Shown here in pieces: positions 1 through 8,527 of a DNA stretch of 42,855 bases. The notes under the pieces are model-generated. The model searched no databases. It saw nothing but the letters and a program-made list of their open reading frames with translations, and was not told where the DNA came from. The DNA comes from Anaerolineae bacterium (GTDB lineage: Bacteria; Chloroflexota; Anaerolineae; B4-G1; DUEL01), in contig DAOTWL010000188.1 in assembly GCA_034435875.1 (NCBI GenBank), positions 1 through 42,855 of the forward strand. The letters are read 5' to 3'. Made by a program: the position numbers and the translations under genes. Position 1 is the stretch's first letter; each line of letters begins with the position of its first letter.

Positions 1-275
1 TCACCGAGACCGGCGCCTATATCAACCACCGTCCAACCGTCCTCAATTCGCGTGCCATATAACTCATACTGGCGGTCCAGACAGGTCTCCTTGATAATCC
101 AGACATCCATCAGACTCCGCACCCGGAACCTGCACCCGTTCCTGAGCCAAATGACGGTCTGTTTGCCCAGCAAAAGGAAGGGCAAAAAATGCCAGTTCTC
201 AACCTGCCCGAAAAGAGTCGGGATGGAACGGAAATAATAGCCGAGGCGCGAGGCCATCCCGGTGGCCCGAGTCAT
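1..275 (-). CDS. SAM-dependent methyltransferase, N-terminal part (gene continues beyond the window edge)
   Basis: Not in the ORF track because it is partial. Manual minus-strand translation from ATG 275 gives MTRATGMASRLGYYFRSIPTLFGQVENWHFLPFLLLGKQTVIWLRNGCRFRVRSLMDVWIIKETCLDRQYELYGTRIEDGWTVVDIGAGLG. It ends in the VVDIGAGxG SAM-binding motif I (FkbM/class I-like). ATGA overlap with the stop of the upstream gene (272-275). Confidence 0.5.
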   Translation of the reverse strand, partial: MTRATGMASRLGYYFRSIPTLFGQVENWHFLPFLLLGKQTVIWLRNGCRFRVRSLMDVWIIKETCLDRQYELYGTRIEDGWTVVDIGAGLG

Positions 276-1822
276 GGACACGCTCCAGAGGGATTTAATG
301 CCAGGGCGGGGTCAACGAAATATTTCCACCAGTTGTTGGCCTTCCCATCGGGCCCGCATCCGTTGGCAGGAGGGATATGCCTGAACCAGTACACCAGATA
401 GTCAAAATCCGTACAATTCCAGGATGAGCAGTTGGTGGGTTTTGCTGTAAACGTCGGGTCACCCAGATAGGGATAATTGAAAAAGTCATCGCAAGTGGAA
501 GGGGTATACGAGACGTTGCGATAATCATAATCGCTTTGTCCGTTCGGTGGATAATGGATGTTCCCGCACCCGCTGTAAGAGTAGTTAGGCGAGAGAGCCT
601 TCACCAGGGCAAACCGCTCCCAGTTATGGTCCGTTCGGTTTTGCTGCCAACCCCCGTAAACCCTCGTCATCGTGGCTTCCATCCGGTGTCCGAAATTGTG
701 AATGGCGCAATCCAGACCCCGCTCAGGGCTCGGCCCCATAATCGGAATGAGCCGCTGGCAGGTGTGAGGCTCCGGGACCGGAGGGGAATTGTACCAGTAC
801 GCCCCCGGGCCAACAAGAGTGGACTCATAGAACCCAAAATAGGGGCCGTTATAAATCCAGACCTCGTCTATTTCGCCGCGATTGGCTTTACCGCAAATAT
901 CCAGTGCGGGTGAATTGACAATAGTGTTATAATCCACTGTGTCCGGAAAGTGAGGAGGACTTTGGCCGTTGATGACGGCAAGATATTCGGCTTCCGTATA
1001 GCGGAACCCGTCTGTCTTGGCGGGCCAGCCGTCGGTAACGATTGTAGTGTAAACGACGTTGTATTGGAGACTGTTGTTGGTGACCTGGCGGAAGAACTCT
1101 ATCGTCCCTTGAGTCAAGGCAGTATGAGCGTTCCAACCAAGATAATCGCTGAGATATTGGCCGTTGCTCAAGATTGGGTCGTAAACAATCACGTAGACGT
1201 TTCTCCGGAGAACCTCCTGCGGATAGGAACGGGTGACAAGGGGAAGAAACGCACGCGGTGAGAGTGACTCGTCCTGGGTTGCCATTGTTTGGGCCTCTGG
1301 CAAGATTTCGTGGGTCGTTATACCATCGGAGAAGGCGATACCAGGGGCGGGAATCGCGAAGGTAATGTTTTCTGGCATCAGTGTGATCCGTACGTTGCCC
1401 ACCCGAGGCTTACCCAACTCCGTCAGCACAGAATATGTCCTGCCGATAAGTGACTGCTGACGGCTTCCCTCCATTTGCCCATTCTGTACTGTTACGGAGA
1501 AATCAATAGCGTAGAGGTAGAAATTCCCGCAGGAATCTCTCTCCCCATACTCCCCGGCGTTGACAATGGCCTGAATCCCCATCTGAGCAAGGGCTTTTCG
1601 GGCCTGATCTGCAATTTCTGGCCGGTCTGGCCCATTCATCCATACCCAGCCGCTACCTGGAACGCAGTTGGCCGGCATAGTTGTGGCCGTAGTTTCTGAA
1701 GACCAGGCCATTACTACTGTTGGAGTCAGTGATGCTGAATGAGAATTTACCAGCCAGGAGGTGGGGATAATTAATAATATTGCGATAAGCAGAGAGGCGA
1801 ATGCGAACGACGAGGTTTTCAT
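272..1822 (-). CDS. secreted Cys-rich hypothetical protein
   Basis: ORF 272..1840. I prefer ATG 1822 (MKTSSFAFASLLIAILLIIP..., a classic signal peptide) because GAGGAGGGGG lies just upstream. The C-terminal half is Cys/Trp/Tyr-rich. No family recognised. Visibly lower GC than its neighbours. Confidence 0.7.
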   Translation of the reverse strand: MKTSSFAFASLLIAILLIIPTSWLVNSHSASLTPTVVMAWSSETTATTMPANCVPGSGWVWMNGPDRPEIADQARKALAQMGIQAIVNAGEYGERDSCGNFYLYAIDFSVTVQNGQMEGSRQQSLIGRTYSVLTELGKPRVGNVRITLMPENITFAIPAPGIAFSDGITTHEILPEAQTMATQDESLSPRAFLPLVTRSYPQEVLRRNVYVIVYDPILSNGQYLSDYLGWNAHTALTQGTIEFFRQVTNNSLQYNVVYTTIVTDGWPAKTDGFRYTEAEYLAVINGQSPPHFPDTVDYNTIVNSPALDICGKANRGEIDEVWIYNGPYFGFYESTLVGPGAYWYNSPPVPEPHTCQRLIPIMGPSPERGLDCAIHNFGHRMEATMTRVYGGWQQNRTDHNWERFALVKALSPNYSYSGCGNIHYPPNGQSDYDYRNVSYTPSTCDDFFNYPYLGDPTFTAKPTNCSSWNCTDFDYLVYWFRHIPPANGCGPDGKANNWWKYFVDPALALNPSGACP

Positions 1823-1855
1823 TTCCCCCTCCTCACACATGCTGTGTGGTGTCTA

Positions 1856-2332
1856 TTATAATCCAGATTGACCAAGTAGCAACTCCTCCGAAACCACTTT
1901 TACCCCCTCCCGTCGCAGAAGGGCGGCGGTGACGCCCTCCCCGGGCACCAGCCGTTCGCTGTGCGTCCCATCGTAGATTCCGGAGGGGCTGCAGGAGGGG
2001 CTGCGGGCCTTCATCACCGCCAGCCGAATCCCGTACCGCCGGACCAGGGCCAGCGCGGCTTCCGCCCCCCGGATGTAGGCTTCCGTCACATCCTCCCCGG
2101 CGACGGTGAGGACGCGCGCCCGGCCGTCCAGAACGTCGCCGCCGCTGCCGCCTGCGATCTCCGCCGGCGGACGGGGCACCGGGAGCCCACCCGCCACCTC
2201 CGGGCAGACCGGGACCACCCGCCCCAGCGCCGCCTGCCGGATCAGTTCCGCCACCGGACGCCCGCGCCCGTCGTAAGCGACGGGCAACCCCAACAGACAC
2301 GCACTGACCAGGATGACCTCATCTCCGTCCAT
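1856..2332 (-). CDS. DUF523 family protein (TudS-like 2-thiouracil desulfurase family)
   Basis: MDGDEVILVSACLLG...VPVCPEVAGGLPVPRPPAEI...ARSPSCS matches my recollection of DUF523 with conserved Cys ligands. SD AGGAGGG upstream of ATG 2332. Confidence 0.75.
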   Translation of the reverse strand: MDGDEVILVSACLLGLPVAYDGRGRPVAELIRQAALGRVVPVCPEVAGGLPVPRPPAEIAGGSGGDVLDGRARVLTVAGEDVTEAYIRGAEAALALVRRYGIRLAVMKARSPSCSPSGIYDGTHSERLVPGEGVTAALLRREGVKVVSEELLLGQSGL

Positions 2333-2496
2333 CGTACCCTCCTGAGGGGCAACCCCTGCTGGGTATTATACCCATCCCGCACAAGAAACAAAAAGCAGGA
2401 CGCCCGACGCTCAAACCGTCCTCCCACCTTGCCGCTTGCTACCTTACCCATCTCGCCATTTTGCCTCTTGCCATCGTGCAATCCTGCTCCTCCCCC

Positions 2497-2525
2497 TTGA
2501 CATCCGGCAAAAACTGCGCTATAAT
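2497..2525 (+). promoter_or_regulatory. sigma70-type promoter, TTGACA-17 nt-TATAAT
   Basis: TTGACA at 2497-2502, a 17-nt spacer, TATAAT at 2520-2525, about 34 nt upstream of the GntR start codon. Confidence 0.55.
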
Positions 2526-2558
2526 CATAGCGCATTAGTTCAATGGGTTATTAGTTCA

Positions 2559-2951
2559 ATGAGATTGCAGATAGAGCCCCAGAGCCCGATCCCCATCTAC
2601 GTCCAGATTGAGGAGCAGGTGCGGGCGCTGGTCGCGGCGGGGCAACTGCGCCCAGGGGACCAGTTGCCCACCATCCGCCAACTGGCCGTGGACCTGGGGG
2701 TGAACTACAACACCGTCGCCCGGGCCTACCTGGAACTGGAACGGGCGGGGGTCATCACCACCCAGCGCGGGCGGGGGACCTTCGTCGCCGGGGTGCCGGA
2801 CGAGGCCCGGCAGGCCCAACTGCGGGCGGAGAAACTGCGCGCCCTCCTGCGGGCCGCGATAGACGAGGCGCTCCGCCTGGGGTATGGTCGGGATGAAATC
2901 GCGGCCGCGTTCCGGGAGGAGATAGAACGGGAGCCAGCACAAACGAACTGA
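2559..2951 (+). CDS. GntR family transcriptional regulator (short YhcF-like type)
   Basis: MRLQIEPQSPIPIYVQIEEQVRALVAAGQLRPGDQLPTIRQLAVDLGVNYNTVARAYLELERAGVITTQRGRGTFV is a canonical GntR winged-HTH. ATG 2559 lies inside ORF 2436..2951. Confidence 0.85.
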   Translation: MRLQIEPQSPIPIYVQIEEQVRALVAAGQLRPGDQLPTIRQLAVDLGVNYNTVARAYLELERAGVITTQRGRGTFVAGVPDEARQAQLRAEKLRALLRAAIDEALRLGYGRDEIAAAFREEIEREPAQTN

Positions 2952-3006
2952 ACGGGCCAGCCACTTCGGAAAGCGCCTATCCCTGTCACCGAATGGAGGA
3001 GACAGG

Positions 3007-3993
3007 ATGGACAAACGGGAACGCCTTCAGCGCACCATTGCCGGAGAGCCGGTGGACCGCCCACCGGTGGCCCTCTGGCGCCACTGGCCCGTGGACGACC
3101 AGACGCCGGAGGGGTTGGCGGAGGCCACCATCCACTTCCAGCGGGAATGGGACTGGGACCTCGTCAAGGTTACCCCGTCCAGTTCCTTCTGTCTGCGGGA
3201 TTGGGGCGTCCGGGACGAGTGGAGGGGCAATCCGGAGGGTACCCGCGATTACGTCTTCCGTCCCGTCCAGTCCCCCGACGACTGGGCGCGCCTGACACTC
3301 CTGGACCCCCGCCAGGGCTCCCTGGGTGCCCAACTGACCGCGCTGGGGCGGATTCGGGCCGCTCTGGGCGATGAGGTCCCCGTCATCCAGACCGTTTTCA
3401 GCCCCCTGGCTCAGGCGAAAAACCTGGCCGGAGAGGACCGGCTGCTCCTGCATCTCCGCCGGTATCCCGACGCCCTGCATCGGGGCCTGGAGACCATCAC
3501 GGAGACGACGGTCCGGTTCGTGGAAGCCGTCCGGGAGCGGGGCGCAGACGGCATCTTCTATGCCGTCCAGCACGCCCGGTACGGCTACATGAGCGAGGGG
3601 GAGTACCGCCTCTTCGGGCGTCCCTACGACCTGCGGATTCTGGAAGCGGCGCGGGGGATGTGGCTCAACGTCCTGCACTTGCACGGGGAGGCGGTGATGC
3701 TGGAGACGCTGGCGGATTCCCCCGTTCAGGTTCTCCACTGGCACGACCGGGAGGGCGGCCCCGCGCTGGAGGCCGGGCAGGCCCTCTTCGGAGGCGCGGT
3801 CAGCGGCGGCGTGGGGCGCCGGACCCTGGTCCTGGGGACGCCGGAGGAGGTGGAGGCCGAGGTCGCCGACGCGGTGGCCCGAACCGGGGGGCGTCGGCTG
3901 ATTCTGAGTACGGGGTGTGTGGCCCCGCTGACGGCCCCCTGGGGCAACCTGCGGGCCCTGCGCCGGGCCGTGGAAAGGAGCGCTTTTGGATGA
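3007..3993 (+). CDS. uroporphyrinogen decarboxylase (URO-D) family protein
   Basis: 328 aa. The N-terminus RLQRTIAGEPVDRPPVALW and the overall length fit URO-D/MtaA-like enzymes. SD GGAGGA upstream. Confidence 0.75.
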   Translation: MDKRERLQRTIAGEPVDRPPVALWRHWPVDDQTPEGLAEATIHFQREWDWDLVKVTPSSSFCLRDWGVRDEWRGNPEGTRDYVFRPVQSPDDWARLTLLDPRQGSLGAQLTALGRIRAALGDEVPVIQTVFSPLAQAKNLAGEDRLLLHLRRYPDALHRGLETITETTVRFVEAVRERGADGIFYAVQHARYGYMSEGEYRLFGRPYDLRILEAARGMWLNVLHLHGEAVMLETLADSPVQVLHWHDREGGPALEAGQALFGGAVSGGVGRRTLVLGTPEEVEAEVADAVARTGGRRLILSTGCVAPLTAPWGNLRALRRAVERSAFG

Positions 3994-4088
3994 TGAATCC
4001 TTTATTGAAATGAGAGATACGGTTTCTGTGTCGGTGGTTTTGCCGCCGGCACAGAAACCATCCCCCATCGTATTTCAAGGAGGCAACG

Positions 4089-5093
4089 ATGGTCGTAGTT
4101 CCGGCAACTCAATCCCGGCGCGGGGAGCGCGCGCCGACATCGGGAGTCGTCCAGCGGAGAGAGTCCACCCTCAAAGGCTTTAGCGGCCTGGCCCTGGCGG
4201 CCTTCCTCCTCCTGCTGGCCGTCTCCGTCATCCTGGCCGTCGTCCTGGATTCCCTGGGCGTCCCGGACGGCTGGATTGCCGCCGAGGTCATCCTCCTCAA
4301 CCTGGTGGGCCTCTACATTCTCTTCGCCCTGCGCGTCGCCAACCAGTGGGAGAAGGCCATCGTCCTGCGGCTGGGGCGCTTCCGGGGCCTCAAGGGCCCG
4401 GGGCCGTTCTGGATCGTCCCGGTCGTGGACACCATCCCGGCGATGGTGGACCATCGGGTGATGGTCACCCCCTTCACGGCGGAGCGGACGCTGACGAAGG
4501 ACTCGGTGCCGGTGAACGTGGACGCGGTGCTCTTCTGGGTCGTCTGGGACGCGGAGAAGGCGGTCCTGGAAGTGGAGGACTACCAGACCGCCATCGCCTG
4601 GGCCGCCCAGACGGCGCTGCGGGAAATCATCGGTCAGATGGACTTGGCCAGCATCCTGGTCGGGCGGACAGTAATGGATGCCGAACTGCAGCGCATCATT
4701 GATGAGCGGACGACACCCTGGGGGATCACCGTCCAGTCGGTGGAAATCCGCGATATCGTCATTCCGGAGGCGCTGGAGGACGCGATGAGCCGTCAGGCGC
4801 AGGCGGAGCGGGAGCGGCAGGCGCGGGTCATCCTGGGGGAGAGCGAAAAACAGATTGCGGCGTCCTTCGCCGAGGCCGCGCAGGCCTACCGGGATAACCC
4901 CACCGCGCTCCACCTGCGGGCGATGAACATGCTCTTTGAGGGGCTGAAGGAGAAGGGCGCGCTGGTTATCGTCCCCTCCAGCGCGGTGGAGACGATGAAC
5001 CTGGGCGGGCTGATGGGGATGGCCTCTATGACGGGCACCTTGCAGACGCTCCTGGCGGGCGGACAACCTCCGGCGCCGCCGCAGGAGGGCTGA
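4089..5093 (+). CDS. SPFH/band 7 (stomatin-like, slipin) family membrane protein
   Basis: An N-terminal TM segment followed by ANQWEKAIVLRLGRFRGLKGPGPFWIVPVVD...TKDSVPVNVDAVLFWVV...ALREIIG..., a typical SPFH domain. SD AAGGAGG upstream. Confidence 0.9.
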   Translation: MVVVPATQSRRGERAPTSGVVQRRESTLKGFSGLALAAFLLLLAVSVILAVVLDSLGVPDGWIAAEVILLNLVGLYILFALRVANQWEKAIVLRLGRFRGLKGPGPFWIVPVVDTIPAMVDHRVMVTPFTAERTLTKDSVPVNVDAVLFWVVWDAEKAVLEVEDYQTAIAWAAQTALREIIGQMDLASILVGRTVMDAELQRIIDERTTPWGITVQSVEIRDIVIPEALEDAMSRQAQAERERQARVILGESEKQIAASFAEAAQAYRDNPTALHLRAMNMLFEGLKEKGALVIVPSSAVETMNLGGLMGMASMTGTLQTLLAGGQPPAPPQEG

Positions 5094-5094
5094 C

Positions 5095-5598
5095 ATGGTG
5101 CCCGATGTACTGCGTGCGGACCAGATAGAGGTCATTCCCTCTGGCTTTTTCAGCCTCCACTACGAGTTTCGGTCGCCAGTGGGGACCCTGGGGGTGCTGA
5201 CCGTCCCCGCCTTTCGGACGGAGGGCCGGTTCCAGGACGCCGACGGCCGCCAGTGGCGGATGCGGCGGAGCCGTTGGTGGCGGCGGGAGTACGAACTGCG
5301 GGCCGGCGACGCGGTGGCGGCGACGGCGCGCGGGCGGGGGTTCCGGCGGGCCGACCTGGACATAGCGTTTGGGGGAGAACCGTATCTCCTGGAGCAGGCG
5401 GATTTCTGGGGCGGGAAATGGCGGCTCCTGGGCCCGGTGGGGGCGGCCCTGCTGGAGATTCGGCGGCGCGGGGTGCTGCGCCCGGGGCTGGTCATGGATG
5501 TGCTGGGGCCGGTAGCGGGGGAACTGATGGCTTTCGCCGTCTACCTGATCGTGACCATCTGGCGGGAGGGCGCGGCCGCAGCGGCGGCCAGCGCGTAG
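5095..5598 (+). CDS. hypothetical protein with a C-terminal TM segment, translationally coupled to the SPFH gene
   Basis: 167-aa ORF starting 1 nt after the SPFH stop, with SD GCAGGAGGG. High GC3. No family recognised, and it is not an obvious NfeD. Confidence 0.5.
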   Translation: MVPDVLRADQIEVIPSGFFSLHYEFRSPVGTLGVLTVPAFRTEGRFQDADGRQWRMRRSRWWRREYELRAGDAVAATARGRGFRRADLDIAFGGEPYLLEQADFWGGKWRLLGPVGAALLEIRRRGVLRPGLVMDVLGPVAGELMAFAVYLIVTIWREGAAAAAASA

Positions 5599-5642
5599 AC
5601 CTTCACCGCAGAGAGCGCAAAGGACGCAAAGCGCGCTCTAAG

Positions 5643-5940
5643 GTAGCGCAGGCCGCCAGGCCTGTAAGAGATTGTCTGAAAAGTCGTTCGTAGTGAGGCA
5701 CGGAACGAAGTGGAGTGCCGTCGTTCGTAGTGAGGCACGGAACGAAGTGGAGTGCCGTTTTGGCAAAACGCCCCTCCGCTTCGCCTCGGCGCGAGCGCCT
5801 TCGGCCACGCCGCAGGCGGCTCGCCGCGTGGCGGCGCGTGGCGCTTCGTGGCTGACTACGAACATCTTTGCTGTTCTCGCAATATTTTTCAGACAGGCTC
5901 TAAGGGCAGGCCTCATCATAGGCTAACAGCCTGCGCTACG
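5643..5940. repeat. composite intergenic repeat: family C 23-mer plus a family B hairpin element bounded by GTCTGAAAA...TTTTCAGAC
   Basis: GTAGCGCAGGCCGCCAGGCCTGT lies at 5643-5665. A tandem duplication of TCGTTCGTAGTGAGGCACGGAACGAAGTGGAGTGCCG follows at about 5684-5757. The inverted partner CTTCGTGGCTGACTACGAAC is near 5836-5860. Related copies are at 12425-12605 (inverted) and 28505-28580. Confidence 0.6.
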
Positions 5941-6000
5941 AAAAAATCGGTGCCATTGGGCTTTTAGCCCCTGACGCAGGTAGTTACTAAGGAGGCAAAG

Positions 6001-6774
6001 ATGTTGCTTGTGGCGTTTATCGTGGAAATTCTCATCATGCTGGGTGCGCCGGTGGCGCTCTGGCTCTTCTTGCGGCGGAAGTACCGGGCCGCCTGGGGGC
6101 TGATCGCGGTGGGCGCGCTGACGTTCGTCCTCTCCCAGGTGGTGCATATCCCGCTGAACCTGGGATTGGGCCTGATCGGGGGCGGGCGTGGGGTGGCCCT
6201 CTGGCCCCTTCCGGCGATGGCCGCCGTGGCGGGCCTGAGCGCCGGAATCTGCGAGGAGGGGGCCCGCTATCTGGTGCTCCGTTTCTGGCGGAAGGAGGCC
6301 CGCTCGTGGAGCCAGGGGCTGGCCTTCGGGGCCGGGCACGGGGGGATAGAATCCATCCTGCTGGGGCTCTCCGTCCTGAGCGGCTTCGTCGGTATGCTGG
6401 TCCTGCAAAGGTTGGGGCCCGAAAATCTGGGGCTCTCCGGGGAGTTGCTGGAGCAGACCCGACAGCAGATGGAAGCGTACTGGGCCACGCCCTGGTATCT
6501 GCCCCTTCTGGGCGGGCTGGAGCGGGTTTTCGCCATCACGATGCATATCGCCTGGACGCTCCTGGTGCTGCGGGCAGTGGTGCGGGGGAACCTCCTCTGG
6601 CTGGTCCTGGCGGTGCTGGCCCACGCGCTGGTGGACGGGCTGGCGGTGGGCCTGATGCAATCGGGGGTTTCCCTTCCGGCCATAGAGGGGGTGGTCTTCC
6701 TGCTGGCGCTGGGCGCGCTGGCCATCATCCTGGCCCTGCGGCCGCGCGGGGCGGCGGAAACCGCCAGCGGATAG
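6001..6774 (+). CDS. YhfC family intramembrane metalloprotease-like membrane protein
   Basis: 257 aa, polytopic, with the motifs GICEEGARY and ERVFAITMHIAWT that are typical of YhfC/DUF2324. SD AAGGAGG upstream. Confidence 0.7.
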   Translation: MLLVAFIVEILIMLGAPVALWLFLRRKYRAAWGLIAVGALTFVLSQVVHIPLNLGLGLIGGGRGVALWPLPAMAAVAGLSAGICEEGARYLVLRFWRKEARSWSQGLAFGAGHGGIESILLGLSVLSGFVGMLVLQRLGPENLGLSGELLEQTRQQMEAYWATPWYLPLLGGLERVFAITMHIAWTLLVLRAVVRGNLLWLVLAVLAHALVDGLAVGLMQSGVSLPAIEGVVFLLALGALAIILALRPRGAAETASG

Positions 6775-6920
6775 GGGGGCGCGTTCCGTTTTTAACGCCG
6801 CCGTGGAACGGGGCATGGCGCCGGACCCGGAAAAGGCAGTGGACCAGGTACTGGCCAGACCCCTTGCCCGCATGGGATGTTTCACGTGAAACGACCCAGG
6901 TGCCTGGCGCGGAGAAGAGA

Positions 6921-7760
6921 ATGGACCCTTCCCTGTATTCCCATCTCATAGACCTGGCCCTGGCCGAGGACATCGGCCCCGGAGACGTCACCTCGGAGGC
7001 GGTGTTGCCGCCGGACCTGCGCCTGCGCGCCCACATCGTCGCCAGGCAGGCGGGAGTCGTCGCCGGATTGCCCATCGCCGAGGCCGTCTTCCACCGGGTG
7101 GACCCGTCCATCCGCTTTACCCCCTGCGTCGGGGACGGCGCCCGGGTGGAGGCCGGAACCGTCCTGGCGGAGGTGGAGGGGCCGGCCCGAAGCCTCCTGG
7201 CGGCCGAGCGGACCGCCCTCAATTTCCTCCAGCGCCTCTCCGGCATCGCCACCCTCACCCGCCGCTTCATGGACGCCGTCGCCGGGACGCGCGCCGTCAT
7301 CCTGGATACCCGCAAGACCCACCCCGGCTACCGGGCCCTGGAGAAGTACGCCGTCCGCATGGGCGGCGGGCAGAACCACCGCATGGGCCTCTATGATATG
7401 GTGCTCATCAAAGATAACCACATCGCGGCGGCCGGCTCCATCACCGAAGCCGTCCGGCGGGCCCGCGCCGCCCGCCCCGACCTGCCCGTAGAGGTGGAGG
7501 TCAGGAACCTGGACGAACTCCGGGAGGCGCTGGAACTGCCCGTGGACCGGATTATGCTGGACAACTTTGACCTGGAGACCATCCGCGCCGCCGTCCGCAT
7601 CGCCGCCGGACGGGTGCCGCTGGAGGTCTCCGGCGGCGTGACGCTGGAGCGGGTGGCCGAACTGGCCGCAACAGGGGTGGACTACATCTCCGTGGGCGCG
7701 CTGACCCACTCCGCGCCGGCGCTGGATATAAGTATGGAGGTGATTGAGGGAGGGAGATGA
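6921..7760 (+). CDS. nadC: nicotinate-nucleotide pyrophosphorylase (carboxylating)
   Basis: LALAEDIGPGDVTS...ERTALNFLQRLSGIATLT...ILDTRKTHPGYRALEKYAVRMGGGQNHRMGLYDMVLIKDNHI...MLDNF...EVSGGV is canonical NadC. ATG 6921 lies inside the longer ORF 6306..7760, whose N-terminal extension is low-complexity junk. Confidence 0.95.
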   Translation: MDPSLYSHLIDLALAEDIGPGDVTSEAVLPPDLRLRAHIVARQAGVVAGLPIAEAVFHRVDPSIRFTPCVGDGARVEAGTVLAEVEGPARSLLAAERTALNFLQRLSGIATLTRRFMDAVAGTRAVILDTRKTHPGYRALEKYAVRMGGGQNHRMGLYDMVLIKDNHIAAAGSITEAVRRARAARPDLPVEVEVRNLDELREALELPVDRIMLDNFDLETIRAAVRIAAGRVPLEVSGGVTLERVAELAATGVDYISVGALTHSAPALDISMEVIEGGR

Positions 7761-8459
7761 TGCCAGTGGACCGACTGACGCGCGCTCTCATCGTTCTGCT
7801 GGTCATCCTTTGTCTGCTGGCCGGAACCATCGGGGCGGTGGCCTGGGCCTACTTCCGGTACCCCAATCACCCGATCTTCGTCTTTCTCTCCGGAGCGACG
7901 GCGACTCCCACTCCAACGCAGAGTCCACCCATCACCAGAACCCCGTTGCCCACCCGAACTCCTTCTCCGACTTCCCGCCCGGCTCCCTCACCGACGCAGA
8001 CGTTCACGGCTACCCCCCGCCCCCGGCCCACCCGCTCCCCTTCCCCGACGCCCACGCCGGAGCCTGCGGTTCTGCTACCCCCGGAGGCGGTTCCTCTCTC
8101 CAGGGGAGTGCCTCTCCCGATGGACCTGTATTTCATTCGGGATGGCGGCCTGGGGCGCTGGTCTGAACAGGGGCAACTGGAACTCCTTGTCGCTCCGCCC
8201 CAACAGAGCGGTGCCCCCGGCAACATCCGGGCCAGGTACGTGACCGCTGGACTTCCCCGTCCTGTGGGCGTTACCCATTACCGCCTGAGCCCGGACGGAC
8301 GGTGCCCTGCCGCTCCCCCAGTCCGCCGCCGCCGACCGGGGGGTTCAGCCCGGCCGGCGCATCCTGGCGGAGACGCTGGGGATAGACGGACCGTTGCATG
8401 GGGACGCGGCCGCCGCTCTGGGGATGGGACGGCGGGAATACTACCTGGTGGAGGTCTGA
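7757..8459 (+). pseudogene. membrane-anchored Pro/Thr-rich protein, apparently frameshifted near 8293-8300
   Basis: ATGA overlap with nadC. An N-terminal TM helix is followed by a PT-rich linker. After ...HYRLSPDGR the listed frame becomes R/G junk and runs antisense through rpsT. The frame offset by one nt reads ALPLPQSAAADRGVQPGRRILAETLGIDGPLHGDAAAALGMGRREYYLVEV* with high GC3 and stops at 8459, just before a terminator hairpin. Confidence 0.55.
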
Positions 8460-8462
8460 GGA

Positions 8463-8499
8463 ACAAAAATAGCGCACCACAGCGTTCGCCGTGGTGCGC
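8463..8499 (-). terminator. intrinsic terminator downstream of rpsT
   Basis: GCGCACCAC (8472-8480) pairs with GTGGTGCGC (8491-8499). On the minus strand the hairpin is followed by TATTTTTGTT. Confidence 0.6.
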
Positions 8500-8527
8500 A
8501 AAAGGGAGGGGGCGGGAGGGGCGCTGC

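Noticed and set aside
2986-4068. Long ORFs antisense to, or out of frame with, recognisable genes. Examples: 2986-4068(-), 4002-5135(-), 5923-6885(-), 8794-9894(+), 12490-14214(+), 12578-13912(-), 14331-15812(-), 15430-17061(-), 17286-18548(-), 23598-24908(-), 28565-30604(-), 33494-34597(-), 34648-35847(-), 35860-36954(-), 37350-38174(+), 38614-39540(+), 39444-40355(+).
   Set aside because: All have the R/G/P/H-rich, low-complexity composition typical of shadow frames in high-GC DNA. All lie opposite genes with clear family motifs, and none carries a recognisable domain.
6306-6920. The 205-codon N-terminal extension of the nadC ORF (6306..7760).
   Set aside because: The extension is G/A/R/P-rich junk that overlaps the 3' end of the YhfC-like gene in another frame. 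Canonical NadC begins at ATG 6921.
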